Of a stretch of DNA of 64,000 nt, positions 46,174-55,125 are shown one piece after another. A model generated the notes under the pieces. It was not told the origin of the DNA. It did no database searches and saw only the letters and a program-made list of their open reading frames with translations. This DNA is from Pseudomonadota bacterium (GTDB lineage Bacteria > Pseudomonadota > Gammaproteobacteria > Steroidobacterales > JBCCMA01). The DNA is taken from NCBI GenBank assembly GCA_039026595.1, contig JBCCMA010000002.1, positions 1,047 to 65,046 of the forward strand, read 5' to 3'. Position numbers and translations under genes: made by a program. Position 1 is the first letter of the stretch. Each line of letters begins with the position of its first letter.

Positions 46174-46632
46174 CTACTGCACGGTGAAGCTGAGCTTGCC
46201 GCCGGCGTATTTGCCGCCGTTCAGCGTAAAGGTCACGGTCTTGGTGTCGCCGCCCATCTCCTCGGCGCTCGCCGCCTCAACCACCTCGACCAGTTTCAGG
46301 TGGTCGCTGTTGTCGTCCATGAACAGGCTTGAAAACATGTTCATGACTTCATAGAGATTCTGTCGGGCCATGTCGGTCAGATCGCCCGACTTGGCCATAT
46401 CACTGGCCGTATTGGGCGGGATCATGGACAACGCGCAGCCAACGGATGCGGCAAGCTCAAAGTCGCATGCGCACTGCGCGACAACGGCCCCGGCCGCGTC
46501 CTGGAACACGCCAACGTGGCTGGCCTTGATGTCCTCGGGCGCTTCATGCTGCTCGGACTCGGCATCTTCATCGATGATCATGGCGACCATGGCGTTCAAC
46601 GACGATTCGTTGGGTAGACGGTAATTCGGCAT
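46174..46632 (-). CDS. hypothetical che-operon protein, possibly a CheC/CheX-type phosphatase
   Basis: 152 aa between cheY and cheA. The segment LTDMARQNLYEVMNMFSSLF contains an E-x2-N element like the CheC/CheX active-site motif, but the fit is partial. Confidence 0.55.
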   Translation of the reverse strand: MPNYRLPNESSLNAMVAMIIDEDAESEQHEAPEDIKASHVGVFQDAAGAVVAQCACDFELAASVGCALSMIPPNTASDMAKSGDLTDMARQNLYEVMNMFSSLFMDDNSDHLKLVEVVEAASAEEMGGDTKTVTFTLNGGKYAGGKLSFTVQ

Positions 46633-46635
46633 GAT

Positions 46636-46998
46636 CTACCCCAGCACCGGACGAAGAGCCTTCTCGAACGACTCCGCAGTAAACGGCTTGGCGATCAGAA
46701 ACTGTGCACCGGCTTCGCGTGCGCGGCTTCGCATCTCGGCCGTCGATTCCGTCGTGACAAAGCCGAACTTCGTCGTGCTGCCCTGCTCACGGAGCGCAGT
46801 CAGGAACTCGATTCCATTCATGTTGGGCATGTTCCAATCGCACAAAATAAGGCCGGGATTGACGTCATCCACCTTTTCCAGTGCCTGCTGCCCGTCCTCA
46901 GCCTCCGTAATTTTGAGCCCGGTGAAGCCGGCCTGGCGCAGCGTGCGCTTCACGATCATCCGCATTGCGGAGCTGTCGTCGACGATCATTACGTTCAT
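46636..46998 (-). CDS. cheY: chemotaxis response regulator CheY
   Basis: 120-aa single receiver domain: MNVMIVDDSSAMR, ILCDWNMPNMNG and FLIAKPF. GAGGA lies upstream. Confidence 0.95.
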   Translation of the reverse strand: MNVMIVDDSSAMRMIVKRTLRQAGFTGLKITEAEDGQQALEKVDDVNPGLILCDWNMPNMNGIEFLTALREQGSTTKFGFVTTESTAEMRSRAREAGAQFLIAKPFTAESFEKALRPVLG

Positions 46999-47183
46999 GG
47001 GTGGGAGTCCTCATCAATGCCTCACAATAATGTCGGCGGAACTCCGACGTTCTTGAGTTAACGAACACAATGAGTAAGAAAGTGAGCACCGGTTGGCACT
47101 CGCGGCTTATGTGAAGCCGATACATACGTTGACAGCCGATAAGCGTTGGCAGACAGTCCGGCCCACAACCCCTCGAGCGTAAG

Positions 47184-47873
47184 ATGAACAGACTTCCGCA
47201 CCGGTTTATGTTGCTTCTGATGGCGCCTGTTGCGGTCGCCGTGCCCGCGCTCGCCCACGATGTCAGCGCGACAGACGCCGCGCGCATCGTCGGCGCATCC
47301 GGGCCGCAGTTTGCGCTTTATGTCGAATTAGGCGCCAAGCACATGATCACCGGCCTCGATCACGTGCTGTTCCTGCTCGGAGTGATGTTCTACGCGGACC
47401 GCATGCGGACCGTGCTCACGCTGGCATCGCTCTTCGCCGCGGGCCATACCATTACCCTGCTCACAGGGGTGGTATGGGCCCTGGATGTGCACCCTTATCT
47501 CGTGGATGCCATCATCGGGCTGTCTGTGGCCTACAAGGGCTTCGATAATCTTGGTGGGTTCGAACGGATTTTGGGCCACCGACCCAGCGCGGGACTGGTG
47601 GTATTCGTATTTGGCCTGTTCCACGGACTCGGTCTGGCGACCAAGATTCAGGATGTGGGTCTGCCAGAGCAAGGACTCATCACCAACCTGATCGGGTTCA
47701 ACGTGGGTGTTGAACTTGGCCAGATTGGGGCGCTCACGGGCATTCTGGTTGTGCTTGCATTGATCCGACGTGCCGGTCAGGCCGTCCGGCTTGGTCTGAT
47801 TGTGAATACGGCGCTGATCACCGCCGGCGTGGCGCTTTTTATCGACCAGTTCGGTCGCTTCATGGGGTACTGA
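47184..47873 (+). CDS. HupE/UreJ family metal (Ni/Co) transport protein
   Basis: A signal peptide is followed by the family motif GAKHMITGLDHVLFLLGVMF and about 6 TM helices. Confidence 0.85.
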   Translation: MNRLPHRFMLLLMAPVAVAVPALAHDVSATDAARIVGASGPQFALYVELGAKHMITGLDHVLFLLGVMFYADRMRTVLTLASLFAAGHTITLLTGVVWALDVHPYLVDAIIGLSVAYKGFDNLGGFERILGHRPSAGLVVFVFGLFHGLGLATKIQDVGLPEQGLITNLIGFNVGVELGQIGALTGILVVLALIRRAGQAVRLGLIVNTALITAGVALFIDQFGRFMGY

Positions 47874-47874
47874 A

Positions 47875-48483
47875 ATGACCATGCCATTACCGCGGCTGAG
47901 TAACGCAACCCTTCTGTTCGCGACCTTGAGCGCGATCACTCTCGGCGTGCTGATCGGATCGGCCGTCATTAAAAAGCGCAACGACTTCAAGCCCGCCGAG
48001 CGCGGCCGCCTGGTCGACGTGCCGGTCGGTACAACGATGCCGGATCAACTCCTGACATTTCGGCTCTTTGATGGAGCCACGGCCGCCCCAAATCAGGACG
48101 GCGACGGTAATCCTCTGCCGTCGGCTGCTGGAGAGAACATCGTTCGCGCGACCGCGCCGCTGAAACAGGACGTGGTCACGATAGACGTACCCGCGCGCGG
48201 GCAACTCGAATACAAAGCGATCATGCAGCGGGGCGCTTCGCTGGTGTATCACTGGCGCGCTGACGGCCCGATCTATTTCGATTTCCACGCGCATACCGAC
48301 GACAACACAAGCGGTTTCTATACGCGCTATGCGAACGGCGAGAGTATCGCCGATGGCGGCAGCATCGTGGCCGCTTACGCGGGACAGCACGGCTGGTACT
48401 TCGAGAACGCAGGTCGCTCGGGCGTGACGGTTACGCTGACCGTAGCCGGCTTCTACGATGAACTGATTCCCGTTGAACTGTAG
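47875..48483 (+). CDS. hypothetical membrane-anchored protein downstream of hupE
   Basis: The start is 1 nt after the hupE stop. It has an N-terminal TM (LLFATLSAITLGVLIGSAVI), and I recognised no family. Confidence 0.6.
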   Translation: MTMPLPRLSNATLLFATLSAITLGVLIGSAVIKKRNDFKPAERGRLVDVPVGTTMPDQLLTFRLFDGATAAPNQDGDGNPLPSAAGENIVRATAPLKQDVVTIDVPARGQLEYKAIMQRGASLVYHWRADGPIYFDFHAHTDDNTSGFYTRYANGESIADGGSIVAAYAGQHGWYFENAGRSGVTVTLTVAGFYDELIPVEL

Positions 48484-48501
48484 GGGGCCATCGTCTGAGT
48501 C

Positions 48502-49290
48502 CTAGTTGTCTCCAAACAAATCGCCCAGCCCGCCCAGAACTGACCCTTCGCCTTTGGAGCCCGAATAACGCGCCGCCTGCAGCACCCGCCCGGCAAGCCG
48601 CGAAAACGGCAAGCTCTGCAGATACACCGTACCCGTGCCACGCAGCGTAGCGAGGAACAATCCTTCTCCACCAAACACCATGGATTTCAGGGACCCGGCG
48701 CGCTCAATATCGTAATCAATGCCCGGTGTGAACGCGGCCAGACAGCCCGTGTCGACCCGCAGCGTTTCACCGCGTAATTCGCGTTTGATCACCGTACCGC
48801 CGATGTGAACAAACGCCATACCGTCGCCCTGAAGACGCTGCAAAATAAATCCCTCGCCACCAAAGAACCCAGTGCCGAGCTTGCGCTGCAAGGCAATGCC
48901 GACGCTGGTGCCGTACGCGGCGCACAGGAAGGCGTCTTTCTGGCAGATGAGCTCGCCGCCCATTTTTGCCATATCGATGGCCATGATCTTGCCGGGGTAG
49001 GGCGCGGCAAACGCCACCCGCTTCTTCCCGTGACCGGAGTTGGTGAAGTGGGTCATGAAAATTGACTCACCGGTCAGGACACGCTTGCCCACGTTAAGCA
49101 ACGAATCCATCAGTCCACCGCTGGGCTTGGATCCGTCGCCCATCTTGGCCTCGAACGTGATGCCCTCTTCCATGTAATTCATGGCGCCGGCTTCGGCGAC
49201 CACCACTTCGCCCGGATCGAGTTCAACCTCAACCACCTGCAGGTCATCACCAAAAATCTCGTAGTCCACTTCGTGACACTGCATGGCCAC
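48502..49290 (-). CDS. AIM24 / TIGR00266 family protein
   Basis: The N-terminus reads [48 protein letters not shown], and a later segment [21 protein letters not shown] is typical of the family. Confidence 0.85.
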   Translation of the reverse strand: MAMQCHEVDYEIFGDDLQVVEVELDPGEVVVAEAGAMNYMEEGITFEAKMGDGSKPSGGLMDSLLNVGKRVLTGESIFMTHFTNSGHGKKRVAFAAPYPGKIMAIDMAKMGGELICQKDAFLCAAYGTSVGIALQRKLGTGFFGGEGFILQRLQGDGMAFVHIGGTVIKRELRGETLRVDTGCLAAFTPGIDYDIERAGSLKSMVFGGEGLFLATLRGTGTVYLQSLPFSRLAGRVLQAARYSGSKGEGSVLGGLGDLFGDN

Positions 49291-49310
49291 TCCTTAGCTG
49301 TCGGGGGAAC

Positions 49311-49919
49311 GTGAGCTTACAAAAGGCCTCGCACGCCGACCAGCCCATGGGTCGCTGCGTTACACTCTGGCACGTGAACAAAACGAGCCCATCCGTTGCC
49401 ATACGCAAAGCGGTCGGCGGTGACGCCGAGGCGCTCAGTGCCCTCGCAATTCGCACTTTTACGGACGCATTTGGCGCGAGCAACAATCCGGCCGACGTCG
49501 CACTGTACCTCGATACACACTATCGCGTGGAGGCCATCGCGCGGGATTTGGCGGACGTGAGTATCGTTACGCTGCTGGCGGGCGATGCTCCGTTCGCCGG
49601 GTTTGCGCAGCTCAAGCCGAGCGACGCCGGCGGTTTTGATGCCGCAGGTTTTGGCGTGCAGCGTCCCGCCAAGCTGTCCCGCCTGTATGTTGACGAGCCG
49701 TGGCATGGGCGCGGTGTCGCGCCGCAACTGCTTGGCGCGCTTGAGGACGCCGCGCGCGCATCAGAGTGCGACGCGATGTGGCTGACGGTGTGGGAACACA
49801 ACGCGCGCGCGATTGCGTTCTATAGCAAATGCGGTTTCAAGGTGTGCGGTAAAACCGACTTTCTTCTCGGGACCGATCCGCAGCGCGATTTTGTGATGGC
49901 GATACGTCTTGCGACCTGA
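49311..49919 (+). CDS. GNAT family N-acetyltransferase
   Basis: Acetyl-CoA motif LSRLYVDEPWHGRGVAPQLLGALEDAA, plus NARAIAFYSKCGFKVCG. The true start may be an internal Met/Val near 49347-49375. Confidence 0.85.
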   Translation: MSLQKASHADQPMGRCVTLWHVNKTSPSVAIRKAVGGDAEALSALAIRTFTDAFGASNNPADVALYLDTHYRVEAIARDLADVSIVTLLAGDAPFAGFAQLKPSDAGGFDAAGFGVQRPAKLSRLYVDEPWHGRGVAPQLLGALEDAARASECDAMWLTVWEHNARAIAFYSKCGFKVCGKTDFLLGTDPQRDFVMAIRLAT

Positions 49920-49921
49920 CC

Positions 49922-50617
49922 TCAGCCGCGCATGTTCTCTATGAACGCATTTGCTTCATCGATAGCCGCTTGCATGTCCCGGATCAGTGCATTGACGTCG
50001 GCATCAATGGCACTGGCCTGACCGCGCAACGCGCTGAGCGCCTGCGCGTTAAGGCTGTGCTTTAGGAACAGTCGATTGTCCTGCAGCACCGACATGACCG
50101 GGTCGACGCGATCCCGAGCGGCCTGCATGCGCTGACGCATCGCGGCGTACTGGCGCCGCGCTGCGGCCAGCTTTCCGGCCTGGTCCTGACGCAGCGAATC
50201 GCTTGAATAAAGCGCAAGCTCTTCCTGCCATTCATCAAACAGATCGCCGCTGACGCGGTCAATCGACTCAAGCCGATCGTCCAGATCGTCTCGCGCGTCC
50301 TCCGATCGGTCCACCGCCTTGTCCAGCGCCTTGTAGCGTTTTTCAAGCTCGCCGCCGTCGTGCCCGATCAACTCGCTCAATGCCTCGTACGCGCTGATGA
50401 GCTCCTCCCGTGTCTCGTCCTGGGCATCGCGCGCGTCTTCAACGCGGTCCACAAGAATGTCCCGTTTCTCGATCCCGATCTTCTCCAGCGCGGAGTACTG
50501 CACGGTGGCACACGCCCCAAGCGAAAGCGCTGCGCACGCAATCAAAAGACGACATAAGACGGTTTGCAGGCGGGAATAGGCTTGACCATACTCAGCCCGA
50601 GTGTTGTTGTTGTGCAT
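49922..50617 (-). CDS. DUF2959-like lipoprotein (paralogue A)
   Basis: This is the C-terminal 232 codons of track ORF 49922..51403, starting at ATG 50617. The lipobox is AALSLGAC. The conserved block is KRDILVDRVEDARDAQDE. The family name is from memory. Confidence 0.75.
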   Translation of the reverse strand: MHNNNTRAEYGQAYSRLQTVLCRLLIACAALSLGACATVQYSALEKIGIEKRDILVDRVEDARDAQDETREELISAYEALSELIGHDGGELEKRYKALDKAVDRSEDARDDLDDRLESIDRVSGDLFDEWQEELALYSSDSLRQDQAGKLAAARRQYAAMRQRMQAARDRVDPVMSVLQDNRLFLKHSLNAQALSALRGQASAIDADVNALIRDMQAAIDEANAFIENMRG

Positions 50618-50660
50618 GTCGGGAGTGCTCGTGTCCGCGTTGTTCCGCCAAATCTTACCT

Positions 50661-51332
50661 ATGCTCCCCGGGCTGCTCAAAAAAAAGCGCTCGTGGGCCG
50701 CGATTGCTTCTCTGGTTCTGGCCGTTGGCACGGCGCAGGGGGTCATTAGTAGCGACCTCGACCGGTTCTGGAAAGCGCCTCGGGACGTACTGGTTGATCG
50801 CGTGGAAGATGCGCGCGATGCACAGCAGGACGCCGCGGCGGAATTCAAGGATGCGCTTACCGAGTTCAAGGCCGTGGTGGGCATGCCGGAATCCGAACTC
50901 GAGCGGCAACATAGTCGCCTGAACAAGGCGTTTGAGCGTTCGGAGCAGGCCGCCGAACAAATCAGCAGCCGGATCGATCGCGTCGTGAAAGCAAGCAACC
51001 GATTGCTTGAGGAATGGCGCGATGAACTCGCGCAATACAACGACGCAAGCCTGAAGCGGCTGGCCGAGAGCCAGTTCGACCAGACACGCGAGCAGGCCAC
51101 GCACCTGATCGCCACGATGCGCGAGAGTGAAGCCCGGATGCAGCCGGTCCTCGACACCTTCCGCGACCAGGTCCTGTATCTCAAACACAATCTCAACTTG
51201 TCCGCGATCGCGTCGCTCGAAGGCGAGGCCGTGGTCATTGAGGGCAATGTGGATGCGCTGATCGACGATATGAACCGATCCATCGCCGAGGCCGACGCGT
51301 TTCTGAGCCAGATGCTCGACAGCCGCGGCTGA
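50661..51332 (+). CDS. DUF2959-like exported protein (paralogue B)
   Basis: ATG at 50661 within track ORF 50601..51332. The signal peptide is MLPGLLKKKRSWAAIASLVLAVGTAQG. It shares PRDVLVDRVEDARDAQQD with paralogue A and is co-linear with it throughout, at about 40% identity by eye. Confidence 0.75.
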   Translation: MLPGLLKKKRSWAAIASLVLAVGTAQGVISSDLDRFWKAPRDVLVDRVEDARDAQQDAAAEFKDALTEFKAVVGMPESELERQHSRLNKAFERSEQAAEQISSRIDRVVKASNRLLEEWRDELAQYNDASLKRLAESQFDQTREQATHLIATMRESEARMQPVLDTFRDQVLYLKHNLNLSAIASLEGEAVVIEGNVDALIDDMNRSIAEADAFLSQMLDSRG

Positions 51333-51337
51333 TCAGC

Positions 51338-52510
51338 TTGCTCCATACCCTCGCGATTGCGAACTATCGCTCGGTCCGCCGCGCCCATCTGCGTCTGGAA
51401 CAACTCAACCTGATCACGGGTGCTAACGGCAGTGGCAAATCCAATTTATACCGTGCACTCCGGTTTCTGACAGAGGTCGCGCGCGGCCGTGCCACACTGG
51501 CGCTGGCGCGGGAGGGCGGGCTGCCATCGGTCCTTTGGGCAGGACCGGAAACGGTATCGCGTGGCATTAAACAGGGTCGGATTCCGATACAGGGCGGGCC
51601 GCGCCGCAACGAAGTGGCGTTACGCCTCGGTTTTGCGAGCGACACGTTTGGCTATGCGATCGATTTCGGTCTGCCCGCACCCGTCCCCGGAACCATGTTC
51701 ACGCAGGATCCCGAAATCAAGCGCGAAAGCCTGTGGCATGGAGACAAATGGCATCCGCGGCGTGCGCTGGTTGACCGCATCGGGCCTGTGGTCCGCGGGC
51801 GCGACGAGGACGGCCACTGGCAGGTCCTTAAACAGCATCTGCCGGCCTACGACAGCATGCTGACGGAGGTCGCCGATCCGGTACGCGCGCCGGAAGTCCT
51901 GATGGCTCGGGACACCCTCCGGGCCTGGCGCTTCTATGACCACTTTCGCTGTGACGCGGACGCGCCGGCACGGGCGCCCCACGTGGGCGTGCGCACGCCG
52001 GTTCTCAGTAATGACGGACACGACCTGGCGGCGGCGTGGCGCACGGTCATGGAAATTGGTGATGCTCAGGGCCTCGCCGACGCGGTCGATGACGCTTTTC
52101 CCGGCGCCACGGTGCACGTGCATGCAGCCGACGGGCGCTTCGAGCTTTTGTTTGAGCAGCCTGGGTTGCTAAGACCGCTGCGGCAGTCGGAATGGTCCGA
52201 CGGCACCTTACGCTACCTGCTGCTGGTCACCGCGCTGAAAACACCGCGACCGCCGCCGCTGATGGTGTTCAATGAACCCGAAATGAGCCTGCATCCCGAC
52301 CTGTTGCCGGCACTCGGTCGGCTGATGTGTCGCTACGCGGAAGACCACCCGCTCTGGGTGGTCTCCCACGCCCGTGAACTGACCGAAGCATTATTGGCCG
52401 ATGAGCGCACGCATGACATCAGGCTGGAGAAGACCTTTAGCGAAACGTGCGTCGTTGGTCAGACTCCCCTCTCTGAGGCCCCGTGGGCGTGGCCTGCCCG
52501 GGGAAAGTAG
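51338..52510 (+). CDS. ABC/SMC-like AAA family ATPase (RecF/SMC N-terminal type, standalone)
   Basis: The N-terminus is IANYRSVRRAHLRLEQLNLITGANGSGKSNLYRAL (Walker A). The C-terminus has LSDGTLRYLLLV and a Walker B-like MVFNEPEMSLHPDLL. Confidence 0.8.
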   Translation: MLHTLAIANYRSVRRAHLRLEQLNLITGANGSGKSNLYRALRFLTEVARGRATLALAREGGLPSVLWAGPETVSRGIKQGRIPIQGGPRRNEVALRLGFASDTFGYAIDFGLPAPVPGTMFTQDPEIKRESLWHGDKWHPRRALVDRIGPVVRGRDEDGHWQVLKQHLPAYDSMLTEVADPVRAPEVLMARDTLRAWRFYDHFRCDADAPARAPHVGVRTPVLSNDGHDLAAAWRTVMEIGDAQGLADAVDDAFPGATVHVHAADGRFELLFEQPGLLRPLRQSEWSDGTLRYLLLVTALKTPRPPPLMVFNEPEMSLHPDLLPALGRLMCRYAEDHPLWVVSHARELTEALLADERTHDIRLEKTFSETCVVGQTPLSEAPWAWPARGK

Positions 52511-54248
52511 AGGTTGCTGGTGTCAGGGGTCCGCGACGCGTGATGCGGATGGGCGTGCCGTCGAACCGTGTCAATGTGAACCCGGCCGTGGGCTCGATGC
52601 ACGCATCCGCGTAGTCCTGAAGCAATGCGATGGCCTGCTGCTCTCCGGTCTCAATGCCGTAGGTGCCGTCGGATCGATAATGGACGCCCGCCGCATCACG
52701 TCCGATGGCCACGTTGTACGCCAGCTTGTTGACTTCGCCACCCAGCGTCAACGCGGACCCGGTGTAGGGAATCAACGCCGTTCCGTCCGCATTGGACTGC
52801 ACCGTATCCGGCAAGATAAACGACTCGTCGAAGAACGCTTTCAAGATGGTGCAGCACGCGCCCGCAATGGTGGCGTGCCCAGCCGGATACGCCGGGTGGG
52901 TAGGCGAACCTTCCGGATAGCCCATGGGCAGAAGACCGGTGCCATAGCGCGACATGGTGTCCGCCACGGCGCGCGAGTTCACCAGATCCGGGTGGATGTC
53001 GTACTCACGCCCCTCGGTCATCAGGAAATGGACACGCAACCCGTACGCCTCGGGCCGAAGTCGGCGATGCACGCACCATTTTTGATACCACGCCCCGTTC
53101 AACGACAGGTTCGACGCAAACGTCAGAAGCTGGAACAGGAACGGCCCACCAAACGATGTAAACGGCCCCTGCGTGTCAATGAAGCGATAGGGGTGATCCG
53201 GGTCCCAGGCGTCGGGTCCGTAACGCAGCAGAATCATGGCCGCGTTGAAGTAGGCCTGAAAGAGCACATCGTTATGCACGTACTCGCCCAGCGCGCGGTT
53301 ATTGTTGAGATAACGCAACGTGGGGTCGAACACGGCGGGAGCGGCCGGACTCTCTCCACGCTGAATTGATACACAGCTGGGCACGTCGGTCATGAAATCC
53401 GACACCGGCACAGGGTAGCGCTGGACGATCGTTGACGGCCCGTAGGGCACATCCTGATACAGCAGCTGACTGATGTAGGGCCCGTTCAGATCGCCAGGTG
53501 TTGAACCTCGGAACAATGTCCCAGGTGTCACCAGACCACCCACATTGGGCCCCACCGTCGCGGAAAACTGGTTCAGGTCATCAATCGCGTTGGCAATGTC
53601 TGCATTGGTGTCGTACTCGAGAAAGGGCACGTCCCGCGTGAGCGCCTGCCAGTACACCTCGCCCATCTCGGCCGCCGTGGTTGCGGAGCGAAACGAGGGC
53701 GCGGCTGGCATGCGCGTGGCGTGACCGTCGAGGCCGGTCAGCTGAAGGGCAAACGCGCCCTGGGGATTGGCCAGGCCACGGTCCGCCGTCGGCGCGGTCT
53801 CGATGAGTTCGAAGTCGCGCTGGGCACCGGATTCGCAGGCGGCTACCAGCTTGCGGTAGGCCGTCGGGTCCACTTCACCGTAATCGTTTTGCGGCAGCGT
53901 CTTGAAGAAGCTCGCGTAGAAGTCCTGACTCTCATAACGCAACTCGTCATCGTTGACGGTCTGCTGGGTCAGCGCCAGCGTTTCCCGCTGAAGCCGACGC
54001 GCAGCGGTCACCTTGAGATCCGCCGCCAGCGCCGCGCGCTTTGCAATGTTGTCGTCAACCGGGATGACACGCGCATTGCGCGAAGGCCGGAACCCGGCAT
54101 TCGAGGCCGCTCCGACAGAAGAGACGGCGCCCAGCGCCGACAGGCCTGCAGCGGCCTGTAAAAACGTACGGCGCGATGCACCGTCTGATTCGAGTTGATC
54201 GTTTCCCTGTGCCGAACTGCGGCGTTCGTTGTCGCTTGTGGAAGCCAC
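52437..54248 (-). CDS. Tat-exported vanadium-haloperoxidase / PAP2-superfamily protein
   Basis: The twin-arginine signal is SRRTFLQAAAGLSALGAVSSVGA. The PAP2/V-HPO motifs are THPAYPAGHATIAGA and GRDAAGVHYRSD. Confidence 0.8.
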   Translation of the reverse strand: MASTSDNERRSSAQGNDQLESDGASRRTFLQAAAGLSALGAVSSVGAASNAGFRPSRNARVIPVDDNIAKRAALAADLKVTAARRLQRETLALTQQTVNDDELRYESQDFYASFFKTLPQNDYGEVDPTAYRKLVAACESGAQRDFELIETAPTADRGLANPQGAFALQLTGLDGHATRMPAAPSFRSATTAAEMGEVYWQALTRDVPFLEYDTNADIANAIDDLNQFSATVGPNVGGLVTPGTLFRGSTPGDLNGPYISQLLYQDVPYGPSTIVQRYPVPVSDFMTDVPSCVSIQRGESPAAPAVFDPTLRYLNNNRALGEYVHNDVLFQAYFNAAMILLRYGPDAWDPDHPYRFIDTQGPFTSFGGPFLFQLLTFASNLSLNGAWYQKWCVHRRLRPEAYGLRVHFLMTEGREYDIHPDLVNSRAVADTMSRYGTGLLPMGYPEGSPTHPAYPAGHATIAGACCTILKAFFDESFILPDTVQSNADGTALIPYTGSALTLGGEVNKLAYNVAIGRDAAGVHYRSDGTYGIETGEQQAIALLQDYADACIEPTAGFTLTRFDGTPIRITRRGPLTPATSTFPGQATPTGPQRGESDQRRTFR

Positions 54249-54498
54249 TGGCCCTACTCCTGAATATGTTGCATGAAACGCGTGTCAGCGGAACACGCAG
54301 GCGTGCTCAAGTCCGGCTGACAACGTTACCCACACCCTCAAAAAATTATGTGCTTGTCCACACAAACTCGCATGGGAACAACGTGCAGATGCGCACGTTT
54401 CGAGGACGCTGGAATGTTATGCAACATGATGGCCACGGCGGGGCAAAACGTCGACCCGAGAAAGTCTCGAATCGCCCGATTTACATCACGTCGGGCGG

Positions 54499-55029
54499 TC
54501 AGGCAGGCAGGCCCTTACGCAACCAGCCGAGGTAGTCCGCCTTGCCCAGCTTGACCGCGTGCATGCGCAGAAGGTCGTAGGTGGTTGTGGCGTGGAAATA
54601 CAGATTGGGCAGCGAGAACGACATCACGAAATTCTCAGCGGTGAACGGAATCTCCACACTGCCCATGCGGAAATGAACCGCCTTGCCAGCAAGGCCGTTG
54701 ATCTCATCCGCGTCGATTGCCTGAAGCTCCGTGTGCGCGTCGTCCAGGAACGCCTGCCAGCCCGCAAAGTCGAGCTCCGCCGGATACCCCGAAGGCGGAC
54801 CGAACTCACCGGCGCGCAGCCCCTTCACCGCTCCGAGCGAGTGGTGCACCACACTGACGATCTGGAACGACATCGGCAGCATGGTGTCGTGGAGCCGTAA
54901 CTGCACGAGCTCGTCAACATCCTGGCCCGCTGCCGCCGCCTGCTCGCCGCCTTTTTTAAGGACTTTGCGGACCGCACCAACCGACTGCAGGTAGCTCGCG
55001 ACACTCAGTTCGTACAAGGTGGTGCTCAT
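54499..55029 (-). CDS. DUF1993 family protein
   Basis: Met19 (ATG at 55029) of track ORF 54499..55083. The sequence runs MSTTLYELSVASYLQSVGAV to the C-terminal LPNLYFHATTTYDLLRMHAVKLGKADYLG, typical of the family. Confidence 0.8.
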   Translation of the reverse strand: MSTTLYELSVASYLQSVGAVRKVLKKGGEQAAAAGQDVDELVQLRLHDTMLPMSFQIVSVVHHSLGAVKGLRAGEFGPPSGYPAELDFAGWQAFLDDAHTELQAIDADEINGLAGKAVHFRMGSVEIPFTAENFVMSFSLPNLYFHATTTYDLLRMHAVKLGKADYLGWLRKGLPA

Positions 55030-55125
55030 GGGATCGTTCTCCGGGTGGTGGCGGGCTTGCCGGGCACGGTGCGCCCGGCGCAATAAAGTGACGGCTGCGA
55101 GAGTAGCATGCGGTAGAGTGGCCGC

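Noticed and set aside
47030-47056. Sigma-28 (FliA)-like promoter upstream of cheY (minus strand TCAA-N15-GCCGACAT)
   Set aside because: It matches only 3/4 and 6/8 positions of the TAAA-N15-GCCGATAA consensus. It is plausible but too weak to call without a PWM score or 5'-end data.
47040-47183. Cobalamin or NiCo riboswitch upstream of the HupE/UreJ gene
   Set aside because: I could not find the conserved cobalamin-riboswitch elements (the B12 box or GGGAA/GAAAATCC-type segments) or a convincing NiCo fold. I saw only two AGCCGATA direct repeats and a weak GCTTAT/ATAAGC inverted pair. A covariance-model scan (Rfam RF00174/RF02683) would settle it.
50618-51403. N-terminal ~260 codons of the 493-aa minus-strand ORF 49922..51403
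   Set aside because: This part is antisense to the plus-strand DUF2959-like paralogue and translates to a low-complexity Ser/Arg/Ala sequence. The recognisable protein starts at the internal ATG at 50617, with a lipoprotein signal.
51338-52510. ABC/SMC-like ATPase as part of a defence system (Gabija, PARIS, Septu or OLD-like)
   Set aside because: No nuclease, TOPRIM or other partner gene is adjacent. The neighbours are a DUF2959 paralogue and a convergent haloperoxidase-like gene. Without a partner or a homology search, I cannot support a defence role.
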